From Dipteris shenzhenensis (lineage: Eukaryota), in NCBI GenBank assembly GCA_047967505.1, contig CM106538.1: a stretch of DNA of 64,000 nucleotides; one strand, given 5' to 3'. This document shows, one piece after another, positions 12,040 to 25,489 of the stretch; position 1 is the stretch's first letter, and each line of letters opens with the position of its first letter. Below the pieces are notes generated by a model that was not told the origin of the DNA, did no database searches, and saw only the letters and a program-made list of their open reading frames with translations. The translations under genes were made by a program, and so were the position numbers.

Positions 12040-14965
12040 ATAAGCATAGGCATAGGCATAGGCATAGGCAAAGGAAAAGAGGAAGAAGAGGGAAAGGAAA
12101 ATAGATTGGAAGAGGGGAAAGAGAGAAGAAGAGGGAAAGGAAAGAGGAAGAAGAGGAAAAGAAGAAGAAGAGGGAAAGGAAAAGAGATTGGAAGAGGGGA
12201 AAGAGAGAAGAAGAGGAAAAGAGGAAGAAGAGGGAAAAGAGGAAGAAGAGGGAAAAGAAGAGGGAAAGAAGAGAAAGAAGAGGGAAAAGAGGAGGAAGAG
12301 GAAAAGAGGAAGAAGAGGGAAAGGAAAAGAGATTGGAAGAGGGGAAAGAGAGAAGAAGAGGGAAAGGAAAGAGGGAAAGAAGAGAGAATAAGAGGGAAAG
12401 AAGAGGGAAAGAGAGAAAAAGAGACATATGCTCATGCATAAGCATAAGCATAAGCATGAGCATATATCTCCTCTTATGCATATGCATAAGCATAAGAGCA
12501 TAAGAGCATGAGCATAAAAGAGGGGAAAGAGGGAAGAAGAGGGAAAGGAAAAGAGGGAGGAAAAGAGGAAGAAGAGGGAAAGGAAAAGAGATTGGAAGAG
12601 GGGAAAGAGAGAAAAAGAGGGAAAGGAAAGAGGGAAAGAAGAGAGAAGAAGAGGGAAAGAAGAGGAAAAGAAGAGGAGAGAAGAGGGAAACGAGAAAGAA
12701 GAGGAGAAGAGGAAGAATAGGGAAAGGAAAAGAGATTGGAAGAGGGGAAAGAGAGAAGAAGAGGGAAAGGAAAGAGCGAAATAAGAGAGAAGAAGAGGGA
12801 AAGAAGAGGAAGAAGAGGAAAGGAGAAAGAAGAGGAAAAGAAGAGAGAAAAGAGAAGAGGAGGGAAAAGAGGAGGGAAAAGAGGAGAAGAGGAGGAAAAG
12901 AGGAGGGAAAAGAGGAGGGAAAAGAGGGGGGAAAAGAGGAGAACAGAGAAAAAGAGGGAAAGGAAAGAGAGATTGGAAAAGGGAAAAGAGGGAAAGAAAG
13001 AGAGAAGAAGAGAGAAAGGAAAGAGGGAAAAAGAGACATATGCTCATGCTTATGCATGAGCATATGTCTCCTTCTCTTATCCTCATGCATAAGCATAAGC
13101 ATGAGCATATGTCTCCTTCTCTTATGCTCATGCATAAGCATAAGCACGAGCATATGTCTCCTTCTCTTATGCTTATGCTTATGCTTATGCATAAGACTCC
13201 TCTTATGCATAAGCATAAGAGAAGGAGACATATGCTCGTGCTTATGCTTATGCATGAGCGTAATAACATGAGCATGAAAGAGGGAAAAGAGGGGGGGAAA
13301 GAGAAGAAGAGAGAAGAAGAAGGAAAGGAAAGAGAGATTGGAAAAGGGGAAAGAGGGAAAGAAAGAGAGAAGAAGAGGGAAAGGAAAGAGGGAAAAAGAG
13401 ACATATGCTCATGCTTATGCATGAGCATATGTCTCCTTCTCTTATGCTTATTCTTATGCTTATGCATAAGACTCCTCTTATGCATAAGCATAATCTCCTT
13501 CTCTTATGCTCATGCATAAGCATAAGCATGAGCATATGTCTCCTTCTCTTATGCTTATGCTTATGCTTATGCATAAGAGGAGTCTTATACATAAGCATAA
13601 GAGAAGGAGACATATGCTCATGCTTATGCTTATGCATGAGCATAAGAGCATGAGCATGAAAGAGGGAAAAGAGGGGGGAACAGAGGAGAAGAGAGAAGAA
13701 GAGGGAAAGGAAAGAGATATTGGAAAAGGGGAAAGAGGGAAAGAAAGAGAGAAGAAGAGGGAAAAAGAGACATATGCTCATGCTTATGCATAAGCATGAG
13801 CATATGTCTCCTTCTCTTATGCTTATGCTTATGCATAAGAGTCTTATGCATAAGCATAAGCATAAGAGAAGGAGACATATGCTCATGCTTATGCTTATGC
13901 ATGAGGATAAGAGCATGAGCATGAAAGAGGGAAAAGAGGGGGGAAAGAGGAGAAGAGAGAAGAAGAGGGAAAGGAAAGAGAGATTGGAAAAGGGGAAAGA
14001 GGGAAAGAAAGAGAGAAGAAGAGGGAAAGGAAAGAGGGAAAAAGAGAGAAGAAGAGGGAAAGAAGAGGGAAAGAAAAGAGGGAAAAGAGAAAGAAGAGGA
14101 GAAGAGGAAGAAGAGGGAAAGGAAAAGAGATTGGAAGAGGGGAAAGAGAGAAGAAGAGGGAAAGAAGAGGAAGAAGAGGGAAAAGAGAAAGAAGAGGAGA
14201 AGAGGAAGAAGAGGGAAAGGAAAAGAGATTGGAAGAGGGGAAAGAGAGAAGAAGAGGGAAAGGAAAGAGAGATTGGAAAAGGGGAAATAGGGAAAGAAAG
14301 AGAGAAGAAGAGGGAAAGGAAAGAGGGAAAAAGAGACATATGCTCATGCTTATGCATGAGCATATGTCTCCTTCTCTTATGCTCATGCATAAGCATAAGC
14401 ATGAGCATATGTCTCCTTCTCTTATGCTTATGGTTATGCTTATGCATAAGACTCCTCTTATGCATAAGCATAAGAGAAGGAGACATATGGTCATGCTTAT
14501 GCTTATGCATGAGCATAAGAGCATGAGCATGAAAGAGGGAAAAAGAGGGGGGGAAAGAGGAGAAGAGAGAAGAAGAGGGAAAGGAAAGAGATATTGGAAA
14601 AGGGGAAAGAGGGAAAGAAAGAGAGAAGAAGAAGGAAAAGAGGGGGGGAAAGAGGAGAAGAGAGAAGAAGAGGAAAAGAGAAGCACGAGCATATGTCTCC
14701 TTCTCTTATGCTCATGCATAAGCATAAGCATAAGCATGAGCATATGTCTCCTTCTCTTATGCTTATGCTTATGCTTATGCAACAGAAGGAGACATATGCT
14801 CATGCTTATGCTTATGCATGAGCATAAGAGAAGGGGGAAAGAGAGAAGAAGAGGGAAAGGAAAGAGTGAAAAAGAGGGGGAAAGAGATTGAAAGATTGAA
14901 GGAGAAGGAGAAGGAAAGGAGGGAAAGAAGAGAAGAGAAGAGGGAAAGAAGAGGGAAGAGAGGGG
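12040..14965. repeat. Compound low-complexity array: purine-only GAAGAGGGAAA modules interleaved with (GCATAA)n/(TTATGC)n inverted modules; lies in the TnpA-like leader intron
   Basis: Seen directly in the sequence. It explains the long spurious ORFs on both strands. Confidence 0.9.
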
Positions 14966-15619
14966 AAAAGAGGGTTCCTACACCCATCACTGTAGCTAGT
15001 GCTTAAGGTGCTAGCTGTAGGCCAATGCAAATAACAAAAATAACAAATGGAAAAAAGAGGAAGCACTTACTTGGAATAGTACATCCCGCTCGGTGTTTTG
15101 TGGACTGGCCCTACAAAAGAGAGAAAACATACCATTTTCAAATAAGATGTTAGAGGAAGGAGGAGATTACAAAAGCAACTTCTCAAAGAGATTGGATTGA
15201 GGAGACAAGGAGAAAGAGAAGGAAGAGAAATACAAAAAAGACTAGAAGAGGTGAGTCTTCTTTCTTTCTTGAAATCTCATTTTTTGTTTCAATCCTTTGA
15301 AATCAAGCATGAAAACTAGTACACAGCTTTAGCAATATAAGAAGAAGCACTCACAAAACGAAATCTCACAAAAAACTACATACATTGTTCAAAGAGACTC
15401 ACCTTCTTGAAAAACTTCCTTTCAAGAAACCAAAGAGGGAGAAGGGTGCAGAGGGAGCACAAGTACTAGGAGAGGGGTGAGTAGTGGTGAGGAGTAAAGA
15501 ATAGAGTGGGAGGTCATTGGAAATAGGTGGGAGGAGAGATTGCTTTGCTTGCAATAGAGATTAGAGAGTGTTAAAGAAAGCGCCATGCATCGCATCGAGT
15601 TTCAGTTTTAACCCACAGC

Positions 15620-15692
15620 ATCGCTATATAGCGACACTATTCTGTTGCTATATAGCGTTGGAATAGAGCCAAACATCACCATATAGCGACGC
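15620..15692. promoter_or_regulatory. Internal cluster of (G)TCGCTATATAGCGA(C) palindromes between the divergent CACTA genes
   Basis: Three perfect or near-perfect copies ~110-180 bp upstream of the TnpD ATG at 15797. The same position is occupied in copies 2 and 3. Confidence 0.65.
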
Positions 15693-15837
15693 TTTAAGAC
15701 ATTTTATGTTTGAAGTTAAAAAAGAAGCTCATAGATCATATTTTATAACTGTTAATATATTTCCTTGCAACTTATGCTGTGATTTTATAAGTGTAGATGG
15801 AAGGGACGAGTTTGATGATGCACCAACGCTTGAAAGC

Positions 15838-18800
15838 ACATAAGTGCTTGATTGGATAACATACCTAGCAACGTGTTTTTTGACGGATGTGCATGACACT
15901 AGAGCAAAAATAGTATTTAATGCTCGATCGACCATGCAAAGCATATCTGATGGGCACAATACTTTGCACAGACCTTCAACTAGGTGGAATTTACTTACAT
16001 GCAAAGTGGCACGCCCATCGCATAAGTGCTTGATCAGATAACACACATAGCAGTGTGTTTTTTTACGGATGTGCATGGCACTAAGGCAAAAATTGTATTT
16101 AATGCTCGATCGACCATGCAAAGCATATCCGATGGTCACGATACTTTGCACACACTTTCAACTAGGTGTAATTGACTTACATGCAAAGTGGCATTCCCAT
16201 CGCATAAGTGCTTGATCGGATAACACACCTAAGAGCGTGTTTTTTTACGGATGTGCATGGCACTAAGGCAAAAATGGTATTTAATGCTCGATCGACCATG
16301 CAAAGCATATCCGATGGGCATAATACTTTTCTCATACCTCAACCTAGGTGGTATTAAAATGTTGTCAAAGAGGCACACCCATCCGATAAGTACTTGGTCA
16401 GATAACATACCTAAGGGCGTGTTTTTTTGCGGATGTGCATACCACTAGGAAAAAAACGGTGTATAATGCGTGATCGACCATGCAAATCATATCCGATGGT
16501 GACAATACTTTGCGCACACCTCAACCTAGTAGAAACGGACTTGTGTGCAAACTGGAGCCCCCATTCGATAAGTACTAGTTTGAATAATACACCTAGGACC
16601 GTGTTTTTTCATGGTTGTGCATGACACCAAGGCAAAAACGGTGTTTTATGCTTGATCGACAATGCAAAGCATATCCGATGGGCACAATACTTTGCACACA
16701 CCCTCAACTAGGTGGAATCGACTTACATGCAAAGTGGCACGCCCATCCCATAAGTTCTTGATCGGATAACATACCTAGCAGCGTGTTTTTTGACGGATGT
16801 GCATGACACTAGAGCAAAAATAGTATTTAATGTTCGATCGACCATGCAAAGCATATCCGATGGACACAAAACTTTTCGTATGCCTCAACCTAGGTGGTAT
16901 TGAAATGTTCGCAAGGAGGCACACCCATCCGATAAGTAATTAGTCAGATAACACACCTACCAGCGTGTTTTTTTACGAATGTGCATGGCACTAAGGCAAA
17001 AATGGTATTTAAAGCTCAATCCACCATGCAAAGCATATCTGATGGGCACGATACTTTGCACACACCTTCAACTAGGTGGAATAGACTTATATGCAAAGCG
17101 GCATGTGCATCCTGTAAGTGCTTGATTGGATAACATACCTAGCAGCGTGTTTTTTGACGGATGTGCAAGACACTAGAGCAAAAATAGTATTTAATGCTCA
17201 ATCGACCATGCAAAGCATATCCGATGGGCACAAAACTTTTCGTACACCTTAACCTAGGAGGTATTGAGATGTTCTCAATGAGGCACACCCATTAGATAAG
17301 TACTTGGTCAGATAACACACCTAATGGCGTGTTTTTTTGCGGATGTGCATATCATTAGGAAAAAAATTGTGTATAATGCGTGATCGACCATGCAAATCAT
17401 ATCCGATGGTGACAATACTTTGCACTCACCGCAATGTAGTTAAAACGGACTTGTGTGCAAAGTGGAGCCCCGATCTGATAAGTACTTATTTGAATAACAC
17501 ACCTATGGCCGTGTTTTTATATGGTTGTGCATGACACTAAGGCAAAAACGGTGTGTTATGCTTGATCGACAATGCAAAGCATATCCGATGGGCACAATAC
17601 TTTGCACACACCTTCAACTAGGTGGATTTGACTTACATGCAAAGTGGCACGCCCATCGCATAAGTGCTTGATTAGATAACATACCTAGCAGCGTGTTTTT
17701 TTACGGATGTGCATGGCACTAAGGCAAAAATGGTATTTAATGCTCGATCAACCATGCAAAGCATATCCGATGGGCACGATACTTTGCACACACCTTCAAA
17801 TAGGTGGAATTGACTTACATGCAAATGTCATTCCCATCGCATAAGTGCTTGATCGGATAACACACCTAGCAGCGTGTTTTTTTACGGATGTGCATGGCAC
17901 TAAGGCGCAAATGGTATTTAACGCTCGATCGACCATGAAAAGCATATCCGATGGGCATGATACTTTGCACACACCTTCAATCAGGTGGAATTGACTTACA
18001 TGCAAAGTGGCACGCCCATCACATAAGTGCTTGACCAGATAACACACCTAGCAGCGTGTTTTTTTACGGATGTGCATGGCACTAAGGAAAAAATGGTATT
18101 TAATGCTCGATCGACCATGCAAAGCATATCCGATGGGCACGATACTTTGGACACACCTTCAACTAGGTGGAATAGACTTACATGCAAAGTGGCACGCCCA
18201 TCCCATAAGTGCTTGATCGGATAACATACCTAGCAGCGTGTTTTTTGACGGATGTGCATGACACTAGAGTAAAAAAAGTATTTAATGCTCGATCGACCAT
18301 GCAAATGATATCCGATGGGCACAAAACTTTTTGTACGCCTCAACCTAGTGGTATTGAAATGTTCTCAATGAGGCACACCCATCCGATAAGAACTTGGTCA
18401 GATAACACACCTAATGGCGTGCTTTTTTGCGGATGTGCATATCATTAGGGAAAAAATGGTGTATAATGCGTGATCGACCATGCAAATCATATCCGATGGT
18501 GACAATACGTTGCATGCACCTCAACGTAGTTGAAACGAACTTGCGTGCAAAGTGGATCCCCCATCTGATAAGTACTTATTTGAATAACACACCTATGGCC
18601 GTGTTTTTATATGGTTGTGCATGACACTAAGGCAGAAACGGTGTGTTATGCTTGATCGACAATGCAAAGCATATCCGATGAACACATAACTTTGCACACA
18701 CCTTCAACTAGGTGTAATTGACTTACATGCAAAGTGGCACGCCCATCGCATAAGTGCTTGATCAGATAACACACCTAGCAGCATGTTTTTTTACGGATGT

Positions 18801-20330
18801 GCATGGCACTAAGGCAAAAATGGTATTTAATGCTCGATCAACCATGCAAAGCATATCGGATGGGCATGATACTTTGCACACACCTTCAACTAGGTGTAAT
18901 TGACTTAGATGCAAAGTGGCATTCCCATCGCATAAGTTCTTGATCGGATAACACACCTAGCAGCGTGTTTTTTTACGGATGTGCATGGCACTAAGGCAAA
19001 AATGGTATTTAATGCTCGATCGACCATGCAAAGCATATCCGATGGGCATAATACTTTTCTTATACCTCAACCTAGGTGGTATTAAAATTTTGTCAAAGAG
19101 GCACACCCATCCGATAAGTACTTGGTCAGATAACATACCTAAGGGCGTGTTTTTTTGCGGATGTGCATACCACTAGGGAAAAAACGGTGTATAATGCGTG
19201 ATCGACCATGCAAATCATATCCGATGGTGACAATACTTTGCACACACCTCAACCTAGTTGAAAGAGACTTGTGTGCAAACTGGATACCCCATCCGATAAG
19301 TACTAGTTTGAATAACACATCTAGGACTGCGTTTTTTGATGAATGTGCATGACACTAAGACAAAAACGGTGTTTTATGCTTGATCGACAATGCAAAGCAT
19401 ATCCGATGGGCACAATACTTTGCACACACCTTCAACTAGGTAGAATCGACTTACATGCAAAGTGGCACGCCCATCCCATAAGTGCTTAATCGGATAAGAT
19501 ACCTAGCAGCGTGTTTTTTGACAGATGTGCGTGACACTAGAGTAAAAATAGTATTTAATGCTCGATTGACCATGCAAAGGATATCCGATGGGCACAAAAA
19601 TTTTTGTACGCCTCAACCTAGGTGGTATTAAAATGTTCTCAATGAGGCACACCCATCCGCTGATAAGTACTTGGTCAGATAACACACCTAATGGCGTGTT
19701 TTTGTGCGAATGTGCATATCATTAGGGAAAAAATGATGTATAATGCGTGATTCAAATCATATCCGATGGTGACAATACTTTGCACGCACCTCAATGTAGT
19801 TAAAAAAGACTTGCGTGCAAAGTGGAGCCCCCATCTGATAAGTACTTATTTGAATAACACACCTATGGCCGTGTTTTTATATGGTTGTGCATGACAGTAA
19901 GGCAGAAACAGTGTGTTATGCTTGATCGACAATGCAAAGCATATTGGATGGGCACAATACTTTGCACACACCTTCAACTAGGTGGAATTGACTTACATGC
20001 AAAGTGGCATTCCCATCGCATAAGTACTTGAGCAGATAACACACCTAGCAGCGTGTTTTTTTTACGGATGTGCATGACAGGAGAAAAAATAGTATTTAAT
20101 GCTCGATGGACCATGCAAAGCATATCCGATGGGCACAACACTTTTTGTACACCTCAACTAGGTGGAATTGACTTACATGCAAAGTGGCACCCGCATCCCA
20201 TTAGTGCTTGATTGGATAACATACCTAGTAGGCTCATGTTTTTTTACGGATGTGCATGACACTAGAGCAAAAATAGTATTTAATGCTTGATTGACCATGC
20301 AAAGGATAACTTGGCATGATCGGATAACTT
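15838..20330. repeat. ~182-bp satellite array, ~25 units, with variant monomers and higher-order organisation
   Basis: A TAAGTRCTTG-like anchor recurs at 15841, 16023, 16205, 16387, 16569, 16751 and onward, with period 182. Confidence 0.95.
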
Positions 20331-20453
20331 CTCCCACCAATAAATTAAGTACTAATTAAAAATTATAATAAATGAGTAGATTATTAAAAAGAGACTAATA
20401 TTTATGTAATTGTTGCTACTGCAGCTTGCTTGCGAAGGACTCTCACAAAGGAG

Positions 20454-23400
20454 ATGGCTATAGATTTTGTTTCAGGGATGGATGTGATTTTATGTAGCAA
20501 AAGAGAAGTAGTTGCATTTGCTACAATCCATGATAGTGATCCCAATTCACTTTGCCACTTTTGAAGACTTGGCGAAGATAAGGTGGCAGTTACTGTATCA
20601 AAGATTCTTAGCGCACATGTTGACCTAAAGTATAAATGTGGAGATATGGAAACACTTGGAGATGTTATGCCCTACAATACATCCAACAAATCATTTATAG
20701 CATGGGACAAAGATGAGACTTATGCAACAGACATTAATATCAAGAATACAAAGTGCACCACCTTGGATTTTACTATAGGGGACATTTTACAAATGAGATC
20801 ATTTGCAAATAAGATTGTAGCAGAAGGTGAAGTATTGGGATTTGAACAAGTGGAGCAATGGTCATTTGCGCAGATGAGGATTCTAAAAGTCACTGATGAT
20901 GGTATGGTTGATAACATAACATCCTTATGTGATCCCTACTATGAGGTAGGCAAGAATATGAGATGGAGCATGCAATTTTTAAACATGAGAAAGAGGCACA
21001 TGGTTTTCAATGATAAAGACAACGTATACTACAATATCAAAGGACCTAAAAAGCGTGCCCATGTGCCAGGCTCTATCACTTCAAATGGGGATGATTTCAA
21101 TATACTCAATTATAGAAGTGACATCTTATCTGGAGTGGATGAGTTCATTGGTTCCAAGAAACAAAATGATTTTAGAAGCGAAGCCTTATCTGGGGTGGAT
21201 GAATTCTTGCACAGTGAGAAAGGCAAAGGTTTCAATAGCGATGTCTTGTTAAGTGTGGATGAGTTCATGCATATTAACAAACCTGGTGTCAATCAAGGTT
21301 GTGGATTTGTGAAAGCCATGCAAGATGTCCCAATGAGTGATGTTCTCTCAGGAGTGGAAGAGTTTCAAGGTTCTCAATACTCTCGTAGAATATTGAATTC
21401 ATTGAATGGTCCTAAGAGTATGTTAAAAACGAGGATGAGATCAACAGAGGATTATTCAGTATCTAACTTTGATTGTGATATGAACAAGGATGCAACGACC
21501 AATCATGGATGCTTGGTTACAAACAAATGTGAGGAGAAGAAGTGCATAAATACAGATAACAACGTGCACGAGGAACGAAAATGGTCATACATATGCATGA
21601 AGAGAAAGAGAATCCAGGCAGATCCACAAAAGCAACCAAAGAGGAAGAGAGTAATGAAGGAGGAGAACATGTTAAATGCATTGGGATATCTATGTTGCAA
21701 GCGAAGATGTATGCACTTCATTGATCTTGCAGACATCAGGGAATGTAGAGGACATGTGTGGCAAAGAAGGGGAAGCGAAAGAAATGAATACCTTCTCACA
21801 AGTCTCTCTTGCTTTCTTCAGAATGGCAATAAAAGGCTAAGTTCAAGACAAAAGGTAAAACCTCTCGTAAATGGAAAAAGGATTTGCAATAAGGCATATT
21901 GCAATATTACTGGATTATCCCATGGTACATATTGGGATTTAGTCACCAAGGCAAAGGGCGGCAACAAATTTAGCATTCACGGTAATAGAAAAAGGTCCAA
22001 ATCAAGAATCTCAACTGTCAGGGCAGCATCAATTTTGCAAGACTTCATACATGAAAATGCTTTGCCTCAACCCCATATATCTACCAAACTCCCTAACGGT
22101 GATGCGATCACTGAAATGCACCTTCCAATGGGCTTGACAAAGCTCGAAGTATTTGACTCTATTGCAGAAAAGCAAAGGCAAAGAGGGGATGTCGTAGCTT
22201 CTTCTCATACTTTGTATACTCTTTGGAAGAAGAACTTTGGATATGTTAAAATCCCAAGGAGGCAAAAAATGTCAAAGTGCAATGTCTGTGATGATTTAAA
22301 GCGAGCGATTGAGAGTGCAACATGTCCAAATCAAAGGGAATTATACAAAAAAAACTGAAAATCTCATCATGACCTTATTCGACATTCCAGACAAAAATAT
22401 GCATTTTGGAAGGAGCAAGCTATCTCGCATCCTGATGACTACATGTGCCTTATTGTAGATGGCATGGATCAGAATACAACAACATTGCCTCGTTTTGTTG
22501 CCACTCCACCTAAATTACAAGGAAAGCACTTTCTAAAGACACATCTATGTGGAGTGTTAGTGCATGGAATTAAGTTCTTTGCAGATATATGGATTGATTC
22601 CTTGCATGTACATGATAGCAATCAAGTTGTAACATCTATTATGAAGGCAATTCGCAATGTACATGCAGAAAAAGGTCGCCTGCCACCGACTTTGAGAATA
22701 CAAGCTGATAATTGCTGGCGAGAAAATAAGAATGTACTCATGTTTGCATTCTGCTCCATGCTAGTTGCTCATCGAATCTTCAATGAGGTCGAATGTGGAT
22801 TTTTGTATGTTGGGCATACATATGAGGATATCGATCAGGTTTTTAGCACAATCTCAAGGGAGCTTAAATGCTCGGGGGGGTCACTCATCATATGTAACTC
22901 TATCACGTGAGTTTAACAAAAGGATATTTTTTATTTCTAAAATTTACAGAAATAAATATACATAAGGGACTATTTTAAATAGTTTTGGAAAAAAATTACA
23001 GATTTGTATAGAAAAGGGGTACATTTTATTAATGAAAAATTTTACAAATAAGGGATTTTAAATATAGGCCTTGAACGCACGTGATATAGAGGGTTTGTAC
23101 ATAGTGACCCCCCCGAGATTAGATGCAAGGATGTGGAGACAATAGATGACTTGGTAAGAAGATGTGGCAGGCAAGTTGGTGGTCGTAAGGAAAGTACAGT
23201 ATGTGAGAGGCTCGAAAGAATGTATGATTGGAAGAGCTTCATTCTACCTTTCATACAAACGGGTGGTGATGCATTGACAGGTCATACCAATCCACACTAC
23301 TTTCGTTTTTTTTTAAAAGATGAAAAACCCGTAATGCAATGGCAATAGTATTCTCATGATACAAAATGGGAACGTGAAGAACCTTACAGTCTCTTAACTT

Positions 23401-24185
23401 CAATTCCCAGCAAGGAAAGGTATCCAACATGGGCTCCTATACAAGAATTTAATGAGAGGTCTAATTGTGAAATAGATGGATTAAAAGCATTTATTACATA
23501 CAAAGAGGAAATGCTCCGGAGATATCCTGATTCGAAGCCTACTTGGAGAGAACACACTACCACTGTGATTAACAAGACACGAAATTTAATAAAGGACCTT
23601 GAGAGAATGCGAGGCTCAAAGGATGTCAAGGAAGAATGCAATATGTTTTGGCCAAATGTTCATAACGATTTGCGCCCAGCTCCAGTCTTTGAAAATGAAT
23701 TTGTATCATTACTCGCACGTCCATATTGTGGACCAAAGAAGAGAGAGTTTATGCCACAAGTAGATATAGAGGTCGATTGTTTTGTTGTGGTTCGGCCATC
23801 GGCGGATGATGAATATGAGAATGTGAAGTTTTGGGTTGCAAAAGTAGTTGATGTGCAAAGAGATGACCAAGGGAGAGCTACAACATTTACAGTGGTATGG
23901 TATGAGCCAAAGGGCAGGAAGGAGAATATGGATAACAACACATTATATACTAATTGTATAATGAAGGAGTGGGTCCCAAATGATGAAGTGATCTCTCAAG
24001 TTTTGACGGAGACAATCATAGTGTCTTGGCATTCAAGGGCAAAGAAATCAAAGAAGCACATGGGATATGAGGTAGAAGGAAAAATAAAAATACCACAGCA
24101 AACTATTTTGCATATACACGAATTTTTAAGGATGCTCGCCATGGAGGAAGTAGAAGGAGATAGTGCAAATGAAGAATGTCCATGA
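20454..24185 (+). pseudogene. Large Sola-like / DUF7869-type DDD transposase; a single reading frame broken by three stops and a MITE
   Basis: ORFs starting at 20454, 20583, 22443, 23133 and 23511 are all in one frame. Motifs: CCKRRC, NGKRICNKAYCNITGLS, KMSKCNVC, CLIVDGMDQ, LRIQADNCWRENKN, FLYVGHTYEDIDQVFS, HTNPHYFRF. Confidence 0.75.
22871..23117. mobile_element. MITE inserted in the transposase
   Basis: Perfect 15-bp TIR CTCGGGGGGGTCACT/AGTGACCCCCCCGAG, flanked by CTTAAATG/ATTAGATG (8 bp, 6/8 match). Removing the element and one flank restores ELKCKDVETIDDL. Confidence 0.9.
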
Positions 24186-24244
24186 TTAAAGCTTTGTATT
24201 GAAGTCCATTGAAGGATTTTATTTGGGTACTAGGTAAGGAGCCA

Positions 24245-24710
24245 ATCCAAGACAATTATAATCAGAGTCATCACCTCCTATGTCAAATGAGAGTCAAAAT
24301 ATGCACTGGATGTCACCCAAGGGTCAAGGCTTGCCAAGACAATAGGGAGTTAATGCAGATGGCACCTGGCAAGGGACTATCACATTGAGCAATAAGACAA
24401 TGGGGAGTCAATGCACCCAAGGGGCAAGGCTTGGCAAGATAACTTGTGGGAGTTAATGCAGATGGCACTTGTATTTTGCACTAGATGTCACCCAAGGGTC
24501 AAGGCTTGGCAAGACAACAGGGAGTTAATGCAGATGGCACCTGGCAAGGGACTATCGCATTGAGCAATAAGACAATGGGGAGTCAATGCACCCAAGGGGC
24601 AAGGCTTGGCAAGACAAGCCTAGGTCAAATTATGCAGATGGCAACTGGCAAGGGACTGTCGTGACATTGAGCAATAAGACAATGGGGTGTCAAATTATGC
24701 AGATGGCACG
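24245..24710. repeat. Degenerate tandem repeats (~175-bp duplication built from ~45-bp CAAGACAA-GGGAGT-AATGCA subunits) just 3' of the transposase
   Basis: GCACTRGATGTCACCCAAGGGTCAAGGCTTG at ~24303 and ~24478; repeated GCAGATGGCAC. Confidence 0.8.
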
Positions 24711-25005
24711 AATTGAGGCTCTTTAAGAGCAACAATTTAAATTGTAAACATATGTTCAATCTATATCATTTTGGATATAAAGACTCTAGCTAAGAGCAAC
24801 GTCTCTCAATGTAATCATATACATAAAGCTATAATTGCTATTATCCTTCTTTGGATCAATACAAAACTTGGGTCTTATGGCATCATGTCTTCTTTCTATT
24901 TATTAAAAGTTTTGTTAAATTTTGTGCATATTGCCGAGTGACAATGTTATTTTCATGAAATATTTAAGTCTCCTTTCATGGATTTATAAATTTATCACGT
25001 CAACA

Positions 25006-25361
25006 AAAAACGTCAAGGAAAAATATTAAAAATAATTAAATTAACAAATAACTTAGATATATCTAGAATTTCTAATATAGGATTATTTCAAATTCTTGCA
25101 TGTTGGTGCAAAAGTATAGATTGAAAAAACAATATTTTTATGTGAATATGATAGAGCCACAAAGTGAACTTTTGATTTGGAAAGGAAAAACGTCAAGGAA
25201 AAATATTAAAAATAATTAAATTAACAAATAACTTAGATATAGCTAGAATTTCTAATATAGGATTATTTCAAATTCTTGCATGTTGGTGCAAAAGTATAGA
25301 TTGAAAAAACAATATTTTTATGTGAATATGATAGTGCCACAAAGTGAACTTTTGATTTGGG
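25006..25361. repeat. Near-perfect 180-bp tandem duplication
   Basis: AAAAACGTCAAGGAAAAATATT at 25006 and 25186, with only a few mismatches across the unit. Confidence 0.9.
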
Positions 25362-25489
25362 AAGAAACTATTTAGAAAGTAAAATTTTGATTTGGAAAGG
25401 ATATCATAAAGTAAAGTTTTCATTTGGGATTTTTGGGCTTCGTCCAAAAACAACACAAAAAGTCCAAAATTAATGAAATAGGTGTTGAT

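Noticed and set aside
11413-15066. Very long ORFs (up to 692 aa) rich in F/S/L/P, K/R/E/G or MLMHKH
   Set aside because: They are translations of stop-poor low-complexity repeats. Only the part below 11994 on the minus strand is real TnpA-like coding sequence.
15838-20330. CRISPR-like array next to a nuclease-fold gene
   Set aside because: The units are homologous along their whole length with no unique spacers, the context is eukaryotic, and no cas motifs are present.
22340-22362. Programmed frameshift at the poly-A run ending ORF 20583-22358
   Set aside because: The downstream ORF is in the same frame. The break is a simple in-frame TGA, probably from CGA or TGG decay.
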